From: an uncultured virus (IMG/VR IMGVR_UViG_2912889086_000006) | Taxonomy: Duplodnaviria; Heunggongvirae; Uroviricota; Caudoviricetes | Direction: 5' to 3' (one strand) | Virus record (IMG/VR): IMGVR_UViG_2912889086_000006 | Coordinates: 1 to 64,000 of that record | DNA: 64,000 nucleotides | In this document: one piece after another, positions 25,694-37,039 of the stretch | Numbering within the stretch: the stretch's first letter is position 1 | How the letters are laid out: the number at the start of each line of letters is the position of its first letter | The notes under the pieces: generated by a model | Database searches by the model: none | Told to the model about the DNA's origin: nothing | Seen by the model: only the letters and a program-made list of their open reading frames with translations | Translations under genes and position numbers: made by a program

Positions 25694-26323
25694 CTATACG
25701 CATTGTCGTATTACGTTTGATATGTTGAAGAAATCAAGAAAAGCCTCTCCTACATCCTTTGGCAGGTTATTGGTTGTTCTTTTTACAGCTTCTTTCCAAG
25801 CGTCTACTGTTCTCCATCTTTGCTTTTTCAAGCTTTTGTACTTAGAGTAAATTCTGTCAACGGTTTTCTTTACGCCGCCGAGTAAGTTGATGGCTTTTTT
25901 CAATTTGACAATCTTAGAGAGTGGGAAGCCGACAGTCCCAATCATAAGACCAACAGCGATTACGCAGTCCCACGCTCCAGCGGGTTGAATTGCAGAACTG
26001 TCAGCAGATGTTTTAGATTCTTTTACATCTACATCAGATAAAGACGGAACAACTAAATTATCACCGTTTGTAGTGACTTCAACCCCTGTTTTTTCTGTTA
26101 ACCAACTAGCCACTTTTTCGGGACCTTGTTTTTCAACACTAGCTGGCAACTGCTCAATGCCTTCTAAGAATTTAACAAAATCACTGTCTGGTGAAAGAAG
26201 TTCACTCTCTAAACTTCCTGCTGGTGCATCAATTCCCCCCTCTTCCTTTGCTGATGCGAAGGACGGTGTGATGGTCGCAAAAGCTAGTAGAAAGGCTAAA
26301 AAGAATGGAAAATATTTTTTCAT
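25694..26323 (-). CDS. secreted closticin 574-like bacteriocin precursor
   Basis: Signal peptide, acidic pro-region, cationic C-domain WDCVIAVGLMIG…KIVKLKKAINLLGGVKK…NVIRQCV with two Cys. Confidence 0.6.
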   Translation of the reverse strand: MKKYFPFFLAFLLAFATITPSFASAKEEGGIDAPAGSLESELLSPDSDFVKFLEGIEQLPASVEKQGPEKVASWLTEKTGVEVTTNGDNLVVPSLSDVDVKESKTSADSSAIQPAGAWDCVIAVGLMIGTVGFPLSKIVKLKKAINLLGGVKKTVDRIYSKYKSLKKQRWRTVDAWKEAVKRTTNNLPKDVGEAFLDFFNISNVIRQCV

Positions 26324-26605
26324 ATCGTCCCCCCCCCCTTTGTTTTAAATATTTTTAAGCCCTTTCACCGCAACTATATCATATTACCAAATACAAATAA
26401 ACAATTTATACCATAATTAGTACTTAATTACCACTCTCTCTGTATTTAACTAATCTTTATTAAATATAAATATTTAAATACAGAGAGGATAAAATAAAAA
26501 CACCTTTTTAGAACGCCCAGTGATGATTGAGGCCTCTTCTCCTCTACCTCTTATTGCTGGGCGTTTTATAAAATGTGTTTTACTAACAATATTGGAGGTG
26601 AATCA

Positions 26606-27538
26606 ATGGCTACACAAAAACTTATGTGCTCCTGCTGTGGGAAAGCTCAAGCTATTTCTCAGTTTTATAAATCTGAATCCTTGTTTAACGCAGCTACAGG
26701 AAAACTAACAGTCTGTAAGATGTGTCTTCAAACTGAATACAAGAAAGACCCTGAAAATTTAACACATGTACAAAACATTTTACGTATGATTGACCGCCCT
26801 TTTATTTATGATATTTGGATAGCTTCAATAGATGAAGCAAAAACAAAAGCTAAGAATGGCGATGCTAATGTTTTTGGTGTCTACATGAAAAATATCGGAA
26901 TGAAAGATTTCATCTCCAAAAATTGGTCAGATAGCGAATATGATTTTGAAGAAGAACAAGAACATACAAAGAAAATGTTGCTTGCTAAAAGCGATGAAAA
27001 TGTGACACAGGAAGACATTGATGAATTCATTCAGTTTTGGGGACGCGGTCTATCTATTGAGGATTATTTATGGCTTCAGAATGAGTACATAGACTTTACA
27101 AATAGATATGAATGCGACTCTAAAGGAATGGAACTGCTTATAAATCAAATTTGTCTAACAATGCTGGATATTCGTAAGCGTCGTGAAAATGGAGAGAAAG
27201 TCGACCAGCAGCAAAAAACACTCCAGGATTTATTGGGATCGAGTAATCTAAAACCAGTTCAAGAATCAGGCGCTAGCGGTGTTGAACAAGAGACCTTCGG
27301 TACATTGATAAAAAAATATGAAAACGAAAGGCCAATTCCAGAACCTGAACCTCGCTGGAAAGATCCTGATAAGATTGGTAAGTACATAAAAGTATTTTTC
27401 TTAGGCCACTTATCAAGGATGCTTGGTATTAAGAATGACTATTCAAATGAATATTGGGACGAAATGAAAAAGCACACTGTTGAAGAGCCTGTAGATGAAG
27501 AAGATGACGAGGTAAACGAAAATGGCCTCATACAGTAA
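26606..27538 (+). CDS. yonG: YonG-like protein (putative terminase small subunit), N-terminal Zn finger
   Basis: GGAGGTG RBS before [11 protein letters not shown]; overlaps terminase large gene. Confidence 0.7.
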   Translation: MATQKLMCSCCGKAQAISQFYKSESLFNAATGKLTVCKMCLQTEYKKDPENLTHVQNILRMIDRPFIYDIWIASIDEAKTKAKNGDANVFGVYMKNIGMKDFISKNWSDSEYDFEEEQEHTKKMLLAKSDENVTQEDIDEFIQFWGRGLSIEDYLWLQNEYIDFTNRYECDSKGMELLINQICLTMLDIRKRRENGEKVDQQQKTLQDLLGSSNLKPVQESGASGVEQETFGTLIKKYENERPIPEPEPRWKDPDKIGKYIKVFFLGHLSRMLGIKNDYSNEYWDEMKKHTVEEPVDEEDDEVNENGLIQ

Positions 27539-29291
27539 CTTTACAACAGATCGAAAAAAACATAGTAGAGGGATTAATCTCTTCAATAAAGGCAAGAACT
27601 TCAACAAAAAATCTAAATCAGAAAGACTGATGGATGGCATTGGTGCTTGGGCTTCTTTTTATCGAGCTAACCCCCATCGATTTGTAAAAGAATACTTAGG
27701 AATAACCCTTAAATTATTTCAATGCATTTTGATTTATATGATGGTTCACAACCATTATTTCATGTATTTAGCTAGTCGCGGACAGGGTAAAACTTGGTTA
27801 ACGTCGGTGTACTGCTGTGTTCAAGCCATACTATTTCCTGGTACAAAGATAGTCATTGCTTCAGGAACTAAAGGACAAGCAAGAGAAGTTATTGAAAAAA
27901 TTGATGATTTGCGAAAAGAGTCCCCGAATTTAAAACGAGAAATTGAGGACTTAAAAACTTCAACTAATGACGCAAGGGTTGAATTCCATAATGGTAGTTG
28001 GATTAAAATTGTTGCATCAAACGACGGAGCTCGCTCAAAACGTGCAAACCTTTTAATTGTGGACGAGTTCAGAATGGTCGATTTTGAGATCATTAGCAAA
28101 GTACTGAGAAAGTTTCTTACCGCTCCAAGGTCTCCAAAATATCTTGAAAAAGAAGAATATGCTCATTTAAAAGAACGAAACAAAGAAATTTACTTATCCT
28201 CCTGCTGGTATAAAGTTCACTGGTCATACGGCAGATTTGTAACCTATTTTAACGCAATGATGAAAGGATCAAAGTATTTTGTATGCGGTCTTCCTTATCA
28301 AATTGCTATTAGAGAAGGACTCCTCGATAAAGACCAAGTAAAGGACGAAATGTCTGAAGAAGACTTTGACCCCATTGGCTGGTCAATGGAAATGGAAGCA
28401 TTGTGGTTCGGAGAATCTGAAAAAGCTTATTTTAAATTTGAAGACCTTGAAAAAAATCGAAAGCTCGCCTCTCCCCTATTCCCGCCTGATTACTATGACC
28501 TCATTAAAGATTCTAATTTTAAATTTGAAAACAAAAAACCTGGAGAATTAAGGTTAATTAGCAACGACATCGCTGGCATGGCAGGCAAAGACAATGACGC
28601 TAGTGTGTATACCGTTTTCAGATTAATTCCAAATTCTAATGGTTATGATAGACACATTGTTTATATGGAGAGCATAGTTGGTGGACACACAGGTTCACAA
28701 GCAACTAGGATAAGACAATTATTCGAAGATTATGCATGTGATTACATTGTGCTAGATACTCAAAGCATTGGTCTAGGTGTATATGATGCGCTTTGTCAGC
28801 CTCTATATGATAAAGAAAGAGCTAAAGAATATGAACCGCTCTCTTGTATCAATGACGAAAAAATGGCTGAACGTTGCACATATCAAAATGCTAAAAAACT
28901 CATTTACAGTATTAAAGGTAACGCTCAATTAAATAGTGAGATTGCAGTTCTTCTTAAAGATGGATTTAAACGAGGAAAAATTAAAATCCCTATTAATGAA
29001 AATGAAGGGCGAGAATATTTGAAGCGATTCAAAGGATACGAAGCCTTACCGGAAGAAACCAAGGCCAAATTTATCTCATCTTATGTCCAAATCACCTTGT
29101 TAATCAATGAAATGATAAACCTTGAAGCTGAGTACAACGATAATGGTCAAGTTAAGCTAAAAGAACCTAAGAGTAAACGGAAAGACAGATATAGTTCCGT
29201 GGCATACGGAAATTATGTAGCCACTCTTTTAGAACGGAAACTCAACAAACAAACAGAATATGACACTGATGATGATCTTGTCTACTTTTAA
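27522..29291 (+). CDS. yonF: terminase large subunit
   Basis: ASRGQGKT Walker A, LIVDEF Walker B, C-terminal nuclease with KDRYS. Confidence 0.9.
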   Translation: MASYSNFTTDRKKHSRGINLFNKGKNFNKKSKSERLMDGIGAWASFYRANPHRFVKEYLGITLKLFQCILIYMMVHNHYFMYLASRGQGKTWLTSVYCCVQAILFPGTKIVIASGTKGQAREVIEKIDDLRKESPNLKREIEDLKTSTNDARVEFHNGSWIKIVASNDGARSKRANLLIVDEFRMVDFEIISKVLRKFLTAPRSPKYLEKEEYAHLKERNKEIYLSSCWYKVHWSYGRFVTYFNAMMKGSKYFVCGLPYQIAIREGLLDKDQVKDEMSEEDFDPIGWSMEMEALWFGESEKAYFKFEDLEKNRKLASPLFPPDYYDLIKDSNFKFENKKPGELRLISNDIAGMAGKDNDASVYTVFRLIPNSNGYDRHIVYMESIVGGHTGSQATRIRQLFEDYACDYIVLDTQSIGLGVYDALCQPLYDKERAKEYEPLSCINDEKMAERCTYQNAKKLIYSIKGNAQLNSEIAVLLKDGFKRGKIKIPINENEGREYLKRFKGYEALPEETKAKFISSYVQITLLINEMINLEAEYNDNGQVKLKEPKSKRKDRYSSVAYGNYVATLLERKLNKQTEYDTDDDLVYF

Positions 29292-29308
29292 AAGAAATGA
29301 GGTGAAGT

Positions 29309-30829
29309 ATGACTGGTATTAAAAAAATCGATATTGAATCGGAGGAGTACAAAAAGCTGCTGAACGATTACAGCACCTATGTGTCTACTTTTGCATCTGG
29401 CTTTGTTTCTAACTTATTTTCTCAAGGTATTATAAGCGAAGTAGATGCTAAGCAGTTAAAAGAATACTTTTCTGATCCTGATGAATTTCAGGAAGAGATA
29501 GAAGATCTTGCTCAATATTTCTATATTTCAACCGCTGAGATTCATCAACTATTTGAGTTAATTGAAGCCCTCCCCACTTTGAATTATAAAATTGATTCCT
29601 TTACAAAAAGCAAGTCCTCTGATAAGCACATATCCCTTTTAAATAAAGCCCTCCATAAAGTAAAGCATAAAAGATTAACACGCGACTTGCTAAAACAAAC
29701 TGCAGCAGCAGGAACACTCGTTGGAATTTGGCTAGGAGACGATAAATCCCCCTACCCTTTTGTGTTCGACAGCGTTAAATATGTTTTTCCAGCTTTCAGA
29801 AGAAATGGTGATTGGGTTTGTTTAATCGATTTGGAGTATTTCAGCAACATTAAAGAGGACTATAGAAAAGAGCTGCTAAACAGCTTTTCCCCTTTCATTA
29901 AGAATTCCGATTATGAAAACTTTCTTCAAGATCGTGAGAAATACAGATACAAGGAACTTCCTCAAGAACGGACATTTCCACTTCGAACTGGAACATTAAA
30001 AAGAAATCAGGGATTAGGTACATCATGGGTTACACCAGGATTGTATGATGTTCTACATAAAAAGAAACTCAAAGATGTTGAAAGGGCAATTGCTAATAAA
30101 ATCATTAATGCAGTTGCGGTTTTAACTATCGGGACTGATAAGGGAAAAGGTGAATACACAAACCTTAAACTTCCAAAGGCAGTAAAACAAAAAGTACACT
30201 CTGGAGTTAAAACTGCTTTAGAAAAAAACAATAAAGATGGGGTTACAGTTGTTTCGATCCCTGACTTTGCAAGTTTAGCATTCCCAGATGTGAAAGCTGA
30301 TGGATTAGATGGAGCCAAGTTTGATCATATCAACAGTGACATACAATCCGCTTATGGTTTATCAGGTTCTCTGTTAAATGGTGAGGGTGGCAACTATGCA
30401 ACGTCCTCATTAAACTTAGATACCTTTTACAAAAGAATTGGCGTCTTAATGGAGGAAGTTGAACAAGAAGTATATCAAAAACTCTTTAACCTTATCCTGC
30501 CTGCAGGTCAAAAAGATAATTATTACATGAACTATGACAAAGAAAAGCCTTTAACTCTTAAAGAAAAGATGGACATTCTCATTAAGCTTAATGATAAAGG
30601 ATGGTCAATTAAACATGTTATCGACAACATTGCAGGCGTGTCATGGGAAAGTTATTTGGAACAAACTTTATATGAAACAGATGAGCTAAATCTTCAAGAT
30701 AAGATAAGGCCTTATCAAACATCCTATACATATACAGGCAATGAAGTTGGACACCCTGCTGTAGATGAGAGCGCTAATGAAAACACTATTAAATCTGCAA
30801 CATCAAATGGAAACAGTCTACCAGAATAA
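29309..30829 (+). CDS. yonE: portal protein
   Basis: 506 aa, follows terminase; SPbeta synteny. Confidence 0.8.
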   Translation: MTGIKKIDIESEEYKKLLNDYSTYVSTFASGFVSNLFSQGIISEVDAKQLKEYFSDPDEFQEEIEDLAQYFYISTAEIHQLFELIEALPTLNYKIDSFTKSKSSDKHISLLNKALHKVKHKRLTRDLLKQTAAAGTLVGIWLGDDKSPYPFVFDSVKYVFPAFRRNGDWVCLIDLEYFSNIKEDYRKELLNSFSPFIKNSDYENFLQDREKYRYKELPQERTFPLRTGTLKRNQGLGTSWVTPGLYDVLHKKKLKDVERAIANKIINAVAVLTIGTDKGKGEYTNLKLPKAVKQKVHSGVKTALEKNNKDGVTVVSIPDFASLAFPDVKADGLDGAKFDHINSDIQSAYGLSGSLLNGEGGNYATSSLNLDTFYKRIGVLMEEVEQEVYQKLFNLILPAGQKDNYYMNYDKEKPLTLKEKMDILIKLNDKGWSIKHVIDNIAGVSWESYLEQTLYETDELNLQDKIRPYQTSYTYTGNEVGHPAVDESANENTIKSATSNGNSLPE

Positions 30830-30851
30830 TTTGAGTGTGTTTTGAAAGGAG

Positions 30852-32303
30852 GTGAAGAAACGTTTGACCAAAGAGCAAAAGAAAAAAATTTTTCAATTGC
30901 AGCTTAATGAGATAAAGAAAACAGATGATCCCACAAAACTCCCCTGCACTTTTATCATTTTTGACTTTGAGACATCTCATAACAATACAGTGATTTCTAA
31001 GGAAGTTGCCTTGGACGCCTCCCCTACTATTATCAATAAGCCTATTGTTGCAAAATACCATGAGGTTGAAGGAATCAATACAGCTACTGACGCTCTTGGA
31101 TCACATGAAGCATATTTAGGCACTGATAAACACGGTGAACTTGAAGTTAAGACAGATACTACCCCAATCGGAGTGTTTACTTCTGAAGGATACATTATGG
31201 AGATCGATACCACAGAAGGGAAAAAAGAAGTTTTGGCCGCAGATGCAGTTTTATGGAGTTCGCGATTCAGTGATGCATGTGAGCTTTTGTTGGAATGGTA
31301 TTCGCGGGGCATCAATATAAACACAAGCTGTGAAATTCTATACTCAAATTACTCTGTTAAAGATGGAATAGAGTACATTGAAGCACCTATTTATTTAGAA
31401 GGTCATGCGATCTTGAATTCGGAGAAGCGAGGAGAACACGATATCGTCCTCCCTGCATATGATTCATCTCGCCTAGTGAGTTTTAATGAGATGCAAAAAT
31501 TCGAGAAATTGGTTGCACAAGCTGCGAACCAAGAAAAACAAAAGGAAGGTGAAAAAGTGGATAAATTTAAAAAAGTCTTTGAGCTATCACATTCAGACAT
31601 AAGGGCACTTATCTATAATCAGCTTGATCCAACTCTTGAATCAAACGAAGAATCATATATTGCTGATGTGTATGATACATACTTTATTGTAAACATTTAT
31701 AGCTGGTCTGAAGATAATTCTTACGACAAATATTACAAAGTTAACTACACCAAAAATGGGGATACTTTGACAATTGATCTAGACTCTAAAACTGAAGTCT
31801 TCTTAAAAAGAAATTGGGAAGAAGTTGTCTCCGAAGAGATCCAAAGTCAACTGAATGAGAAAAACAAAAAAATTTCAGAGCTCTCCGAGCAATTTAATGA
31901 AATCAAGGAGAGTAAAGCTAAGCTTGAAGAGCAGTTTAATGCAGCAAGCGAAAAACTCGTTCAATTAAATTCTGCTGTAGAAGAGCTAAAGCCGTTCAAA
32001 GAAAAACATGAAAAAGCAGAATTCGAAAAAAGAGTCCAAGAAAAGAAAGAATTCTACAAGTCTAAGTTTGAAGCTCTTAATGCTGAAGAGAAATTCGAAA
32101 CTGAAGAAGTTCAAAATCTTATTTTTGCATCTGCAAAAGACAGCGAAGAAACTGACAAGGCAATTCTTCAATTGAATTCAATGTTGGTCGAACTTGTAGA
32201 CCATGCAGCTGATCAAGATGGAGTTTTTATTAAAGAGCTGTCCAGCAAACGTGAAAAATTACTTAAAGATGACGACTCATTTGAATCACGCTATTCATCT
32301 TAA
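30852..32303 (+). CDS. yonD: prohead protease/scaffold-like protein
   Basis: N-terminal protease-like region with C-terminal coiled coil; synteny. Confidence 0.7.
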   Translation: MKKRLTKEQKKKIFQLQLNEIKKTDDPTKLPCTFIIFDFETSHNNTVISKEVALDASPTIINKPIVAKYHEVEGINTATDALGSHEAYLGTDKHGELEVKTDTTPIGVFTSEGYIMEIDTTEGKKEVLAADAVLWSSRFSDACELLLEWYSRGININTSCEILYSNYSVKDGIEYIEAPIYLEGHAILNSEKRGEHDIVLPAYDSSRLVSFNEMQKFEKLVAQAANQEKQKEGEKVDKFKKVFELSHSDIRALIYNQLDPTLESNEESYIADVYDTYFIVNIYSWSEDNSYDKYYKVNYTKNGDTLTIDLDSKTEVFLKRNWEEVVSEEIQSQLNEKNKKISELSEQFNEIKESKAKLEEQFNAASEKLVQLNSAVEELKPFKEKHEKAEFEKRVQEKKEFYKSKFEALNAEEKFETEEVQNLIFASAKDSEETDKAILQLNSMLVELVDHAADQDGVFIKELSSKREKLLKDDDSFESRYSS

Positions 32304-32326
32304 AAAATAAAATGGAGGATTTATAA

Positions 32327-32929
32327 ATGGCTACTAGACTACAAACTGCCCTCACAGAAGTAGGGAAACATACTACTGGTAACTTAAATTCATTAAAAAT
32401 TAAAACACTTGCTCACGGTGCCAAGGTTTCAGGATCGGATATCGACAACTTTATGCTCGTGGAACTCGGTTTTGATGAAGAAGGAAACCGTATCGCAAAA
32501 AAACTTTCCAATAAAAAGCACAGAGCTTACTTAATTGCAGCTCCCGAAGTTCGTTATTTGGGCGAGTCTTTGACTGATTTCTATAACGCTAAAGGTGAAC
32601 ATGCTCGTATCGTTATTTTGGAACCAGGATACACACGTTTTGATGTTTCTGCTTTCTCTTTGAATGAAGGCGTCAAAGAAGTTAAACGAGGACAAGTGGC
32701 GCATTTTGATATTAAAACTGAAAAATATGTTTTAAGCGACCCTTCTTCACCTCATGCTGACTTTGCAGATTCTTCTGCTAAATTCCTTGTTGTAAACAGC
32801 GAAGATGATCTCCAGTACACAATGGGACAAAAGCTCGTACGTCTCGAAGTAATTACAGGATCAGAAACAGGTTTAGTACCTGGAACAAGTTCAGAAACTC
32901 AAGCAAAAGCCGTAGACATTGGTGATTAA
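32327..32929 (+). CDS. yonC: head decoration/structural protein
   Basis: Between scaffold and capsid genes. Confidence 0.7.
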   Translation: MATRLQTALTEVGKHTTGNLNSLKIKTLAHGAKVSGSDIDNFMLVELGFDEEGNRIAKKLSNKKHRAYLIAAPEVRYLGESLTDFYNAKGEHARIVILEPGYTRFDVSAFSLNEGVKEVKRGQVAHFDIKTEKYVLSDPSSPHADFADSSAKFLVVNSEDDLQYTMGQKLVRLEVITGSETGLVPGTSSETQAKAVDIGD

Positions 32930-32969
32930 TAGAATCTTAATAAACACTTATTGAAAAGGAGTACATTAT

Positions 32970-33986
32970 ATGAAACTTGACACTGTAAAAATTAAGGGCT
33001 TATTTAGCCGTGTGGTCAACAATAAGATGGAAGCCACTGATAAATCAGATATCGAAACTTATATTAAGAAAGTATTTGGTGATGGAACTGTCACCCCTGA
33101 CCCTTCTATGTTGCATCAGTTTAATACACTTGTTGTACAACAAGCAGATGAAATTGCAAAACCAATGGTTACAAACCTAATCACTTTATTTGCAAATCAC
33201 GAACAAGAGAAACCAGGAAATCTAAAACTAATCAAAATTCCTAAGAAAAATAAAGCAAAAGTGATTTGGTCTGCTAATGGATCAGGCGTAGATCTAGTCC
33301 GTGTTGAAGGTCAAGAAAATGTACCTGCTGTTCCACGTACGCTATCCACTGGTTTTTACTATGAGCCACTTGACCTTGTGACTGATTCTCTCGAGTACTT
33401 CAACAAATTAGTCAACGACATTGCCAATGCAAAAGTCCGTTTGTATTTGGATAATATCCATCAATTGACGGCTGCTGCTATTGCTAAAGGAAAAATCCCA
33501 CCAAAAAACGTGGCTGTTGGTTCAAACCTTACATTACAAAAATATAATGAAGTTGCTTCAGTTCTTCAACGTTATGGGGGGAGGCCGGTATTTGTTGGGG
33601 ACTCACTACTTATTGATTACTTTGCTTTCCAGCAAGCTACAGATTCTACATACAAAAACCTTCTAACAGATGGCATTAAAAATGAGCTTCTGACTGCTTT
33701 AAACCCTACTACAATCGGAAGAACTACTGCAGTAAATCTCACAAACCCATTCACTGATGAAACTAACTCAAAAGTTGAGTTGCCTGTAAACAAAGGTTAT
33801 ATGTTTGCTGGTGGAGTGTCACAAAAACCATTCTCTATTGTTGAGTACGGTGGGCTTAAACAGTTAACAGAACAAGACATCGAAGATGAAAGAATTAAAA
33901 TGAAAATCACTCAATCTGCTTCTGTCAACCTTCTGTTTGGTGAAGCGATTGGAATTATCGAGGAACAAGCAGCAGTATCTATCTAA
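32970..33986 (+). CDS. yonB: major capsid protein
   Basis: 338 aa, strong RBS, synteny. Confidence 0.75.
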   Translation: MKLDTVKIKGLFSRVVNNKMEATDKSDIETYIKKVFGDGTVTPDPSMLHQFNTLVVQQADEIAKPMVTNLITLFANHEQEKPGNLKLIKIPKKNKAKVIWSANGSGVDLVRVEGQENVPAVPRTLSTGFYYEPLDLVTDSLEYFNKLVNDIANAKVRLYLDNIHQLTAAAIAKGKIPPKNVAVGSNLTLQKYNEVASVLQRYGGRPVFVGDSLLIDYFAFQQATDSTYKNLLTDGIKNELLTALNPTTIGRTTAVNLTNPFTDETNSKVELPVNKGYMFAGGVSQKPFSIVEYGGLKQLTEQDIEDERIKMKITQSASVNLLFGEAIGIIEEQAAVSI

Positions 33987-34020
33987 GTATTTATTTTAAA
34001 GGATAAACTAGGAGGAAATT

Positions 34021-34491
34021 ATGTCTGATAAAGTTAAATTGGCTCGTTATAGAAACACTTCTTATTTTGTTGGGTACACCGGAGATGGTGGACTTAAACA
34101 ATTCACTTGGTCAGGTAGTAAAAATGGTAAGGCTGAGATCAAGGAAGTACCTAGAGATGTTGTTGACTGGTTGACAATGAATAGTGTCTGCTTTGATAAA
34201 GGTGAATTAGTTATTGTTGATGAAGATGACTCAACAAAACAAATCAAAGAATCAATTGTTGATGCGGAAGCATACACGAACAACACTCACACAAAAGAAG
34301 AAATTTCAAAGATGATTAAAACAGGTAACATTGCACAAATGAAAAATAAACTTGAAAAGATTACAGTTGACTCAGAAAAACAGTTTGTTATTGATGTTGC
34401 TTCTGAATTCAGTGATGATATCCCTGCTGGAAAACTTAAAGCCTTAGCTGAATGGATGGGTGTCGAAGATCCTTCCCTGCTCTTTGACTAG
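34021..34491 (+). CDS. yonA: phage protein
   Basis: Synteny and size. Confidence 0.65.
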   Translation: MSDKVKLARYRNTSYFVGYTGDGGLKQFTWSGSKNGKAEIKEVPRDVVDWLTMNSVCFDKGELVIVDEDDSTKQIKESIVDAEAYTNNTHTKEEISKMIKTGNIAQMKNKLEKITVDSEKQFVIDVASEFSDDIPAGKLKALAEWMGVEDPSLLFD

Positions 34492-34502
34492 GAGGTTCAA
34501 TA

Positions 34503-34901
34503 ATGACTTCTTATGATGAAATTTGGGAGTTTTTCTTGCTAAACTGTAAAACGTCTGATATCAATTTACCTATGGAAGAATCTTTAATTTATAAATCTAT
34601 AAGGAACGCAGTCCTGCGATTCAATAATAGACTTCGCGACAAAAAATTGAAGTGTAACGATGAAACTGAAACAGTAGACAGAGTAATGAACGAGGATGAA
34701 TTGTTAATTCTCGTTCATTATTTACGTCTAATTTTTTTAATTAATGAACAGACTTTTTTTCAGACTACATGGCAGCCATTTGCAAAAGACGTTGGTGTTA
34801 CCAACTATGGTACACAAATCAATTCATTAACAAAGTCAATTGAGAAACAAACAGCAGATATTGACCGCCTCATTATGAATGCAGAGGTGGATTACTTATG
34901 A
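34503..34901 (+). CDS. yomZ: putative head-tail adaptor
   Basis: Synteny and size. Confidence 0.6.
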   Translation: MTSYDEIWEFFLLNCKTSDINLPMEESLIYKSIRNAVLRFNNRLRDKKLKCNDETETVDRVMNEDELLILVHYLRLIFLINEQTFFQTTWQPFAKDVGVTNYGTQINSLTKSIEKQTADIDRLIMNAEVDYL

Positions 34902-35128
34902 GAGAAAAATACATTAATGAAGGACAAGTCCCCTCCTCTTTACAAGAACACTGCATAAGACTAAGTAAGAAAAACAACTCTGTTCTTTATAAAGTAGAGC
35001 AATATTTAAATAAAAAAATGCTGTCTGATATAGAACTAGTTGAAATTCGTGAAATCATTTTGGACGTGAGTGCTGAAATCGTAAGATTAGGTCAATCCCT
35101 ATCTGGTGATTTAGATGAAAGACTTTAA
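34898..35128 (+). CDS. yomY: phage protein
   Basis: Synteny; ATGA overlap. Confidence 0.55.
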   Translation: MREKYINEGQVPSSLQEHCIRLSKKNNSVLYKVEQYLNKKMLSDIELVEIREIILDVSAEIVRLGQSLSGDLDERL

Positions 35129-35774
35129 AAATTACCATCAGATCGACGTTAATAAAAAGATTGAACATGATGGGAAATTAATTTTTCAGGCTGGTTTGAA
35201 GGGTTTTCAGTCAGAGACTGTATCAATTGATGAAAAAGAATCAGTAACATGTTTGATTACTTCGAAGTTTTCAAATGGTGATGGAATGACTAAATACATT
35301 CTTGGACTGCCCGAAGATATTTATATTGGAGGAGTCGTCAACTGGGACAGTCAAAAGTGGCTAATCACTACTTTCCCAAGCTTTAATAAAATTTATAAAA
35401 AGGCTGAAATTAGGCTGTGTAACTCCTCAATAAAGATAACTACAAATGACAGATGGATTGATTCAGACAAAATAAGCGAAGTTACTGGTAAACCAATCAA
35501 AACTAAAGTCCCTGGAGAAGTTATTGAAATCCCATGTGTTTTTGAGCGTTCAACATCTATAAATGGGACTGATCTAGCCGTCAACCTTCCTGATGGACAA
35601 GCAAACATTACAATTCCAAACGTAAAAAATGACAAAATTAAAATTGGACTCGCTCTCTCATTTTTCGGTGAGGATTATCTTGTTAATGATATTGATTATT
35701 CTAAAGTTTATGAAGATCATGGCACAATAAAATTAATTGCCAAAAAGAAAGTCCGAGGTGAAGACAGTGCATGA
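35115..35774 (+). CDS. yomX: putative head closure protein
   Basis: Synteny. Confidence 0.6.
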   Translation: MKDFKNYHQIDVNKKIEHDGKLIFQAGLKGFQSETVSIDEKESVTCLITSKFSNGDGMTKYILGLPEDIYIGGVVNWDSQKWLITTFPSFNKIYKKAEIRLCNSSIKITTNDRWIDSDKISEVTGKPIKTKVPGEVIEIPCVFERSTSINGTDLAVNLPDGQANITIPNVKNDKIKIGLALSFFGEDYLVNDIDYSKVYEDHGTIKLIAKKKVRGEDSA

Positions 35775-36301
35775 GTAACATGGTCGAACACATGACCAAG
35801 ATTTTCAGAACATTGATTGACGATTCAGATCTCAACAGGCTTCTATATTATAAGGACACTCCCCTCTCCCCTGAACTCCCAGATGTTCAGGATTTAGAAG
35901 GATATTATGTTGAAACTACTGTTGAAGAGAATGGTAACTCCCGCATTGTCCCCCCTATTTTTAATACGATCTTCAAAAGAGCTCCGAAAACTGACGATAT
36001 CACTGACACACCAATCTGCAGAGTCTGCATGTATCTGGGAAGTGGTTTATCAAAGCCCTCTAATCAAAGCTATTTGCTTATGGATCAAGACCTTCACATT
36101 GATGTCTACACTCATATCGAGACATATGAAGAAAATGAATTCAGGTCATTGAAAATTTTGGACAGATTATCTGCGCTTCTCTTCAATAAAAATATCGCTG
36201 GCTTCGGAAAGGCTTTAGCTCCGAAAAGAATGCTGATTGCAAACCCTCCTGCTGGTTATTTGGGTTATAAAATGATTTTCACATTTGGAGCAATGAAATG
36301 A
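35771..36301 (+). CDS. yomW: putative tail terminator
   Basis: Synteny; ATGA overlaps. Confidence 0.6.
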   Translation: MSNMVEHMTKIFRTLIDDSDLNRLLYYKDTPLSPELPDVQDLEGYYVETTVEENGNSRIVPPIFNTIFKRAPKTDDITDTPICRVCMYLGSGLSKPSNQSYLLMDQDLHIDVYTHIETYEENEFRSLKILDRLSALLFNKNIAGFGKALAPKRMLIANPPAGYLGYKMIFTFGAMK

Positions 36302-37008
36302 ATGATTTACGAGACTTTTACATATTAGGCTTACCAATTGAAACTTCGATTGGAGATTGTCATTTCATTAAAATAAAGGATTATTACAAGTTCGCTCAAT
36401 ATCTTAACCTTGTCAGAATGAGTAGGGATGAAATCGCATATAGCCTGTTTTCCGCAAATCAAACTGAGTCTTCCAAGGAAGTAAAGAAACTTACATTATT
36501 TGAAGTTGTTACGCAGCTCCCCTTATTTACAGAAGCCTATCATAAAGTATTAAGTAAAATGTTTAATGACGAAGGAATTCTTGAAAAAGTTACTCAGGAC
36601 AATTTTACTGAAATACGAAAATTGATTTTAGATATGAATTTATTGAAAGAAGAAAAAATCAACCCAAACCCCATTATCCAAAAGGCAATAGAACGAAGCA
36701 AGCGACTTAAAAGCCTAGAGTCCTCAGAGCTTAATTTGACAAACATGATCTCAAGCATCGTCGCTTTTGGTTCTAGTGATTATGAAAAGATTGTTAATTG
36801 GACTATTTATCAAGTTTACATGACTTTCTTAAGAATAGCTTTATTAAAGAAATATGACACCTCCACCCTTTTTGCAACTGTAGATCCCGATCACGCTAAA
36901 AACATAGAGGATTGGAGCAAAGACATAGAGATATTTGAAGATGATAACCACACTCTTTCTAAAAAAGAAGCAGAAAATATTTCTAAAATGATCTCAAGCA
37001 GCCACTAG
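36298..37008 (+). CDS. yomV: phage protein
   Basis: Synteny and size. Confidence 0.6.
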   Translation: MNDLRDFYILGLPIETSIGDCHFIKIKDYYKFAQYLNLVRMSRDEIAYSLFSANQTESSKEVKKLTLFEVVTQLPLFTEAYHKVLSKMFNDEGILEKVTQDNFTEIRKLILDMNLLKEEKINPNPIIQKAIERSKRLKSLESSELNLTNMISSIVAFGSSDYEKIVNWTIYQVYMTFLRIALLKKYDTSTLFATVDPDHAKNIEDWSKDIEIFEDDNHTLSKKEAENISKMISSSH

Positions 37009-37039
37009 GCTGCTTTTTTTATTAGGAGGAATTTAATTA

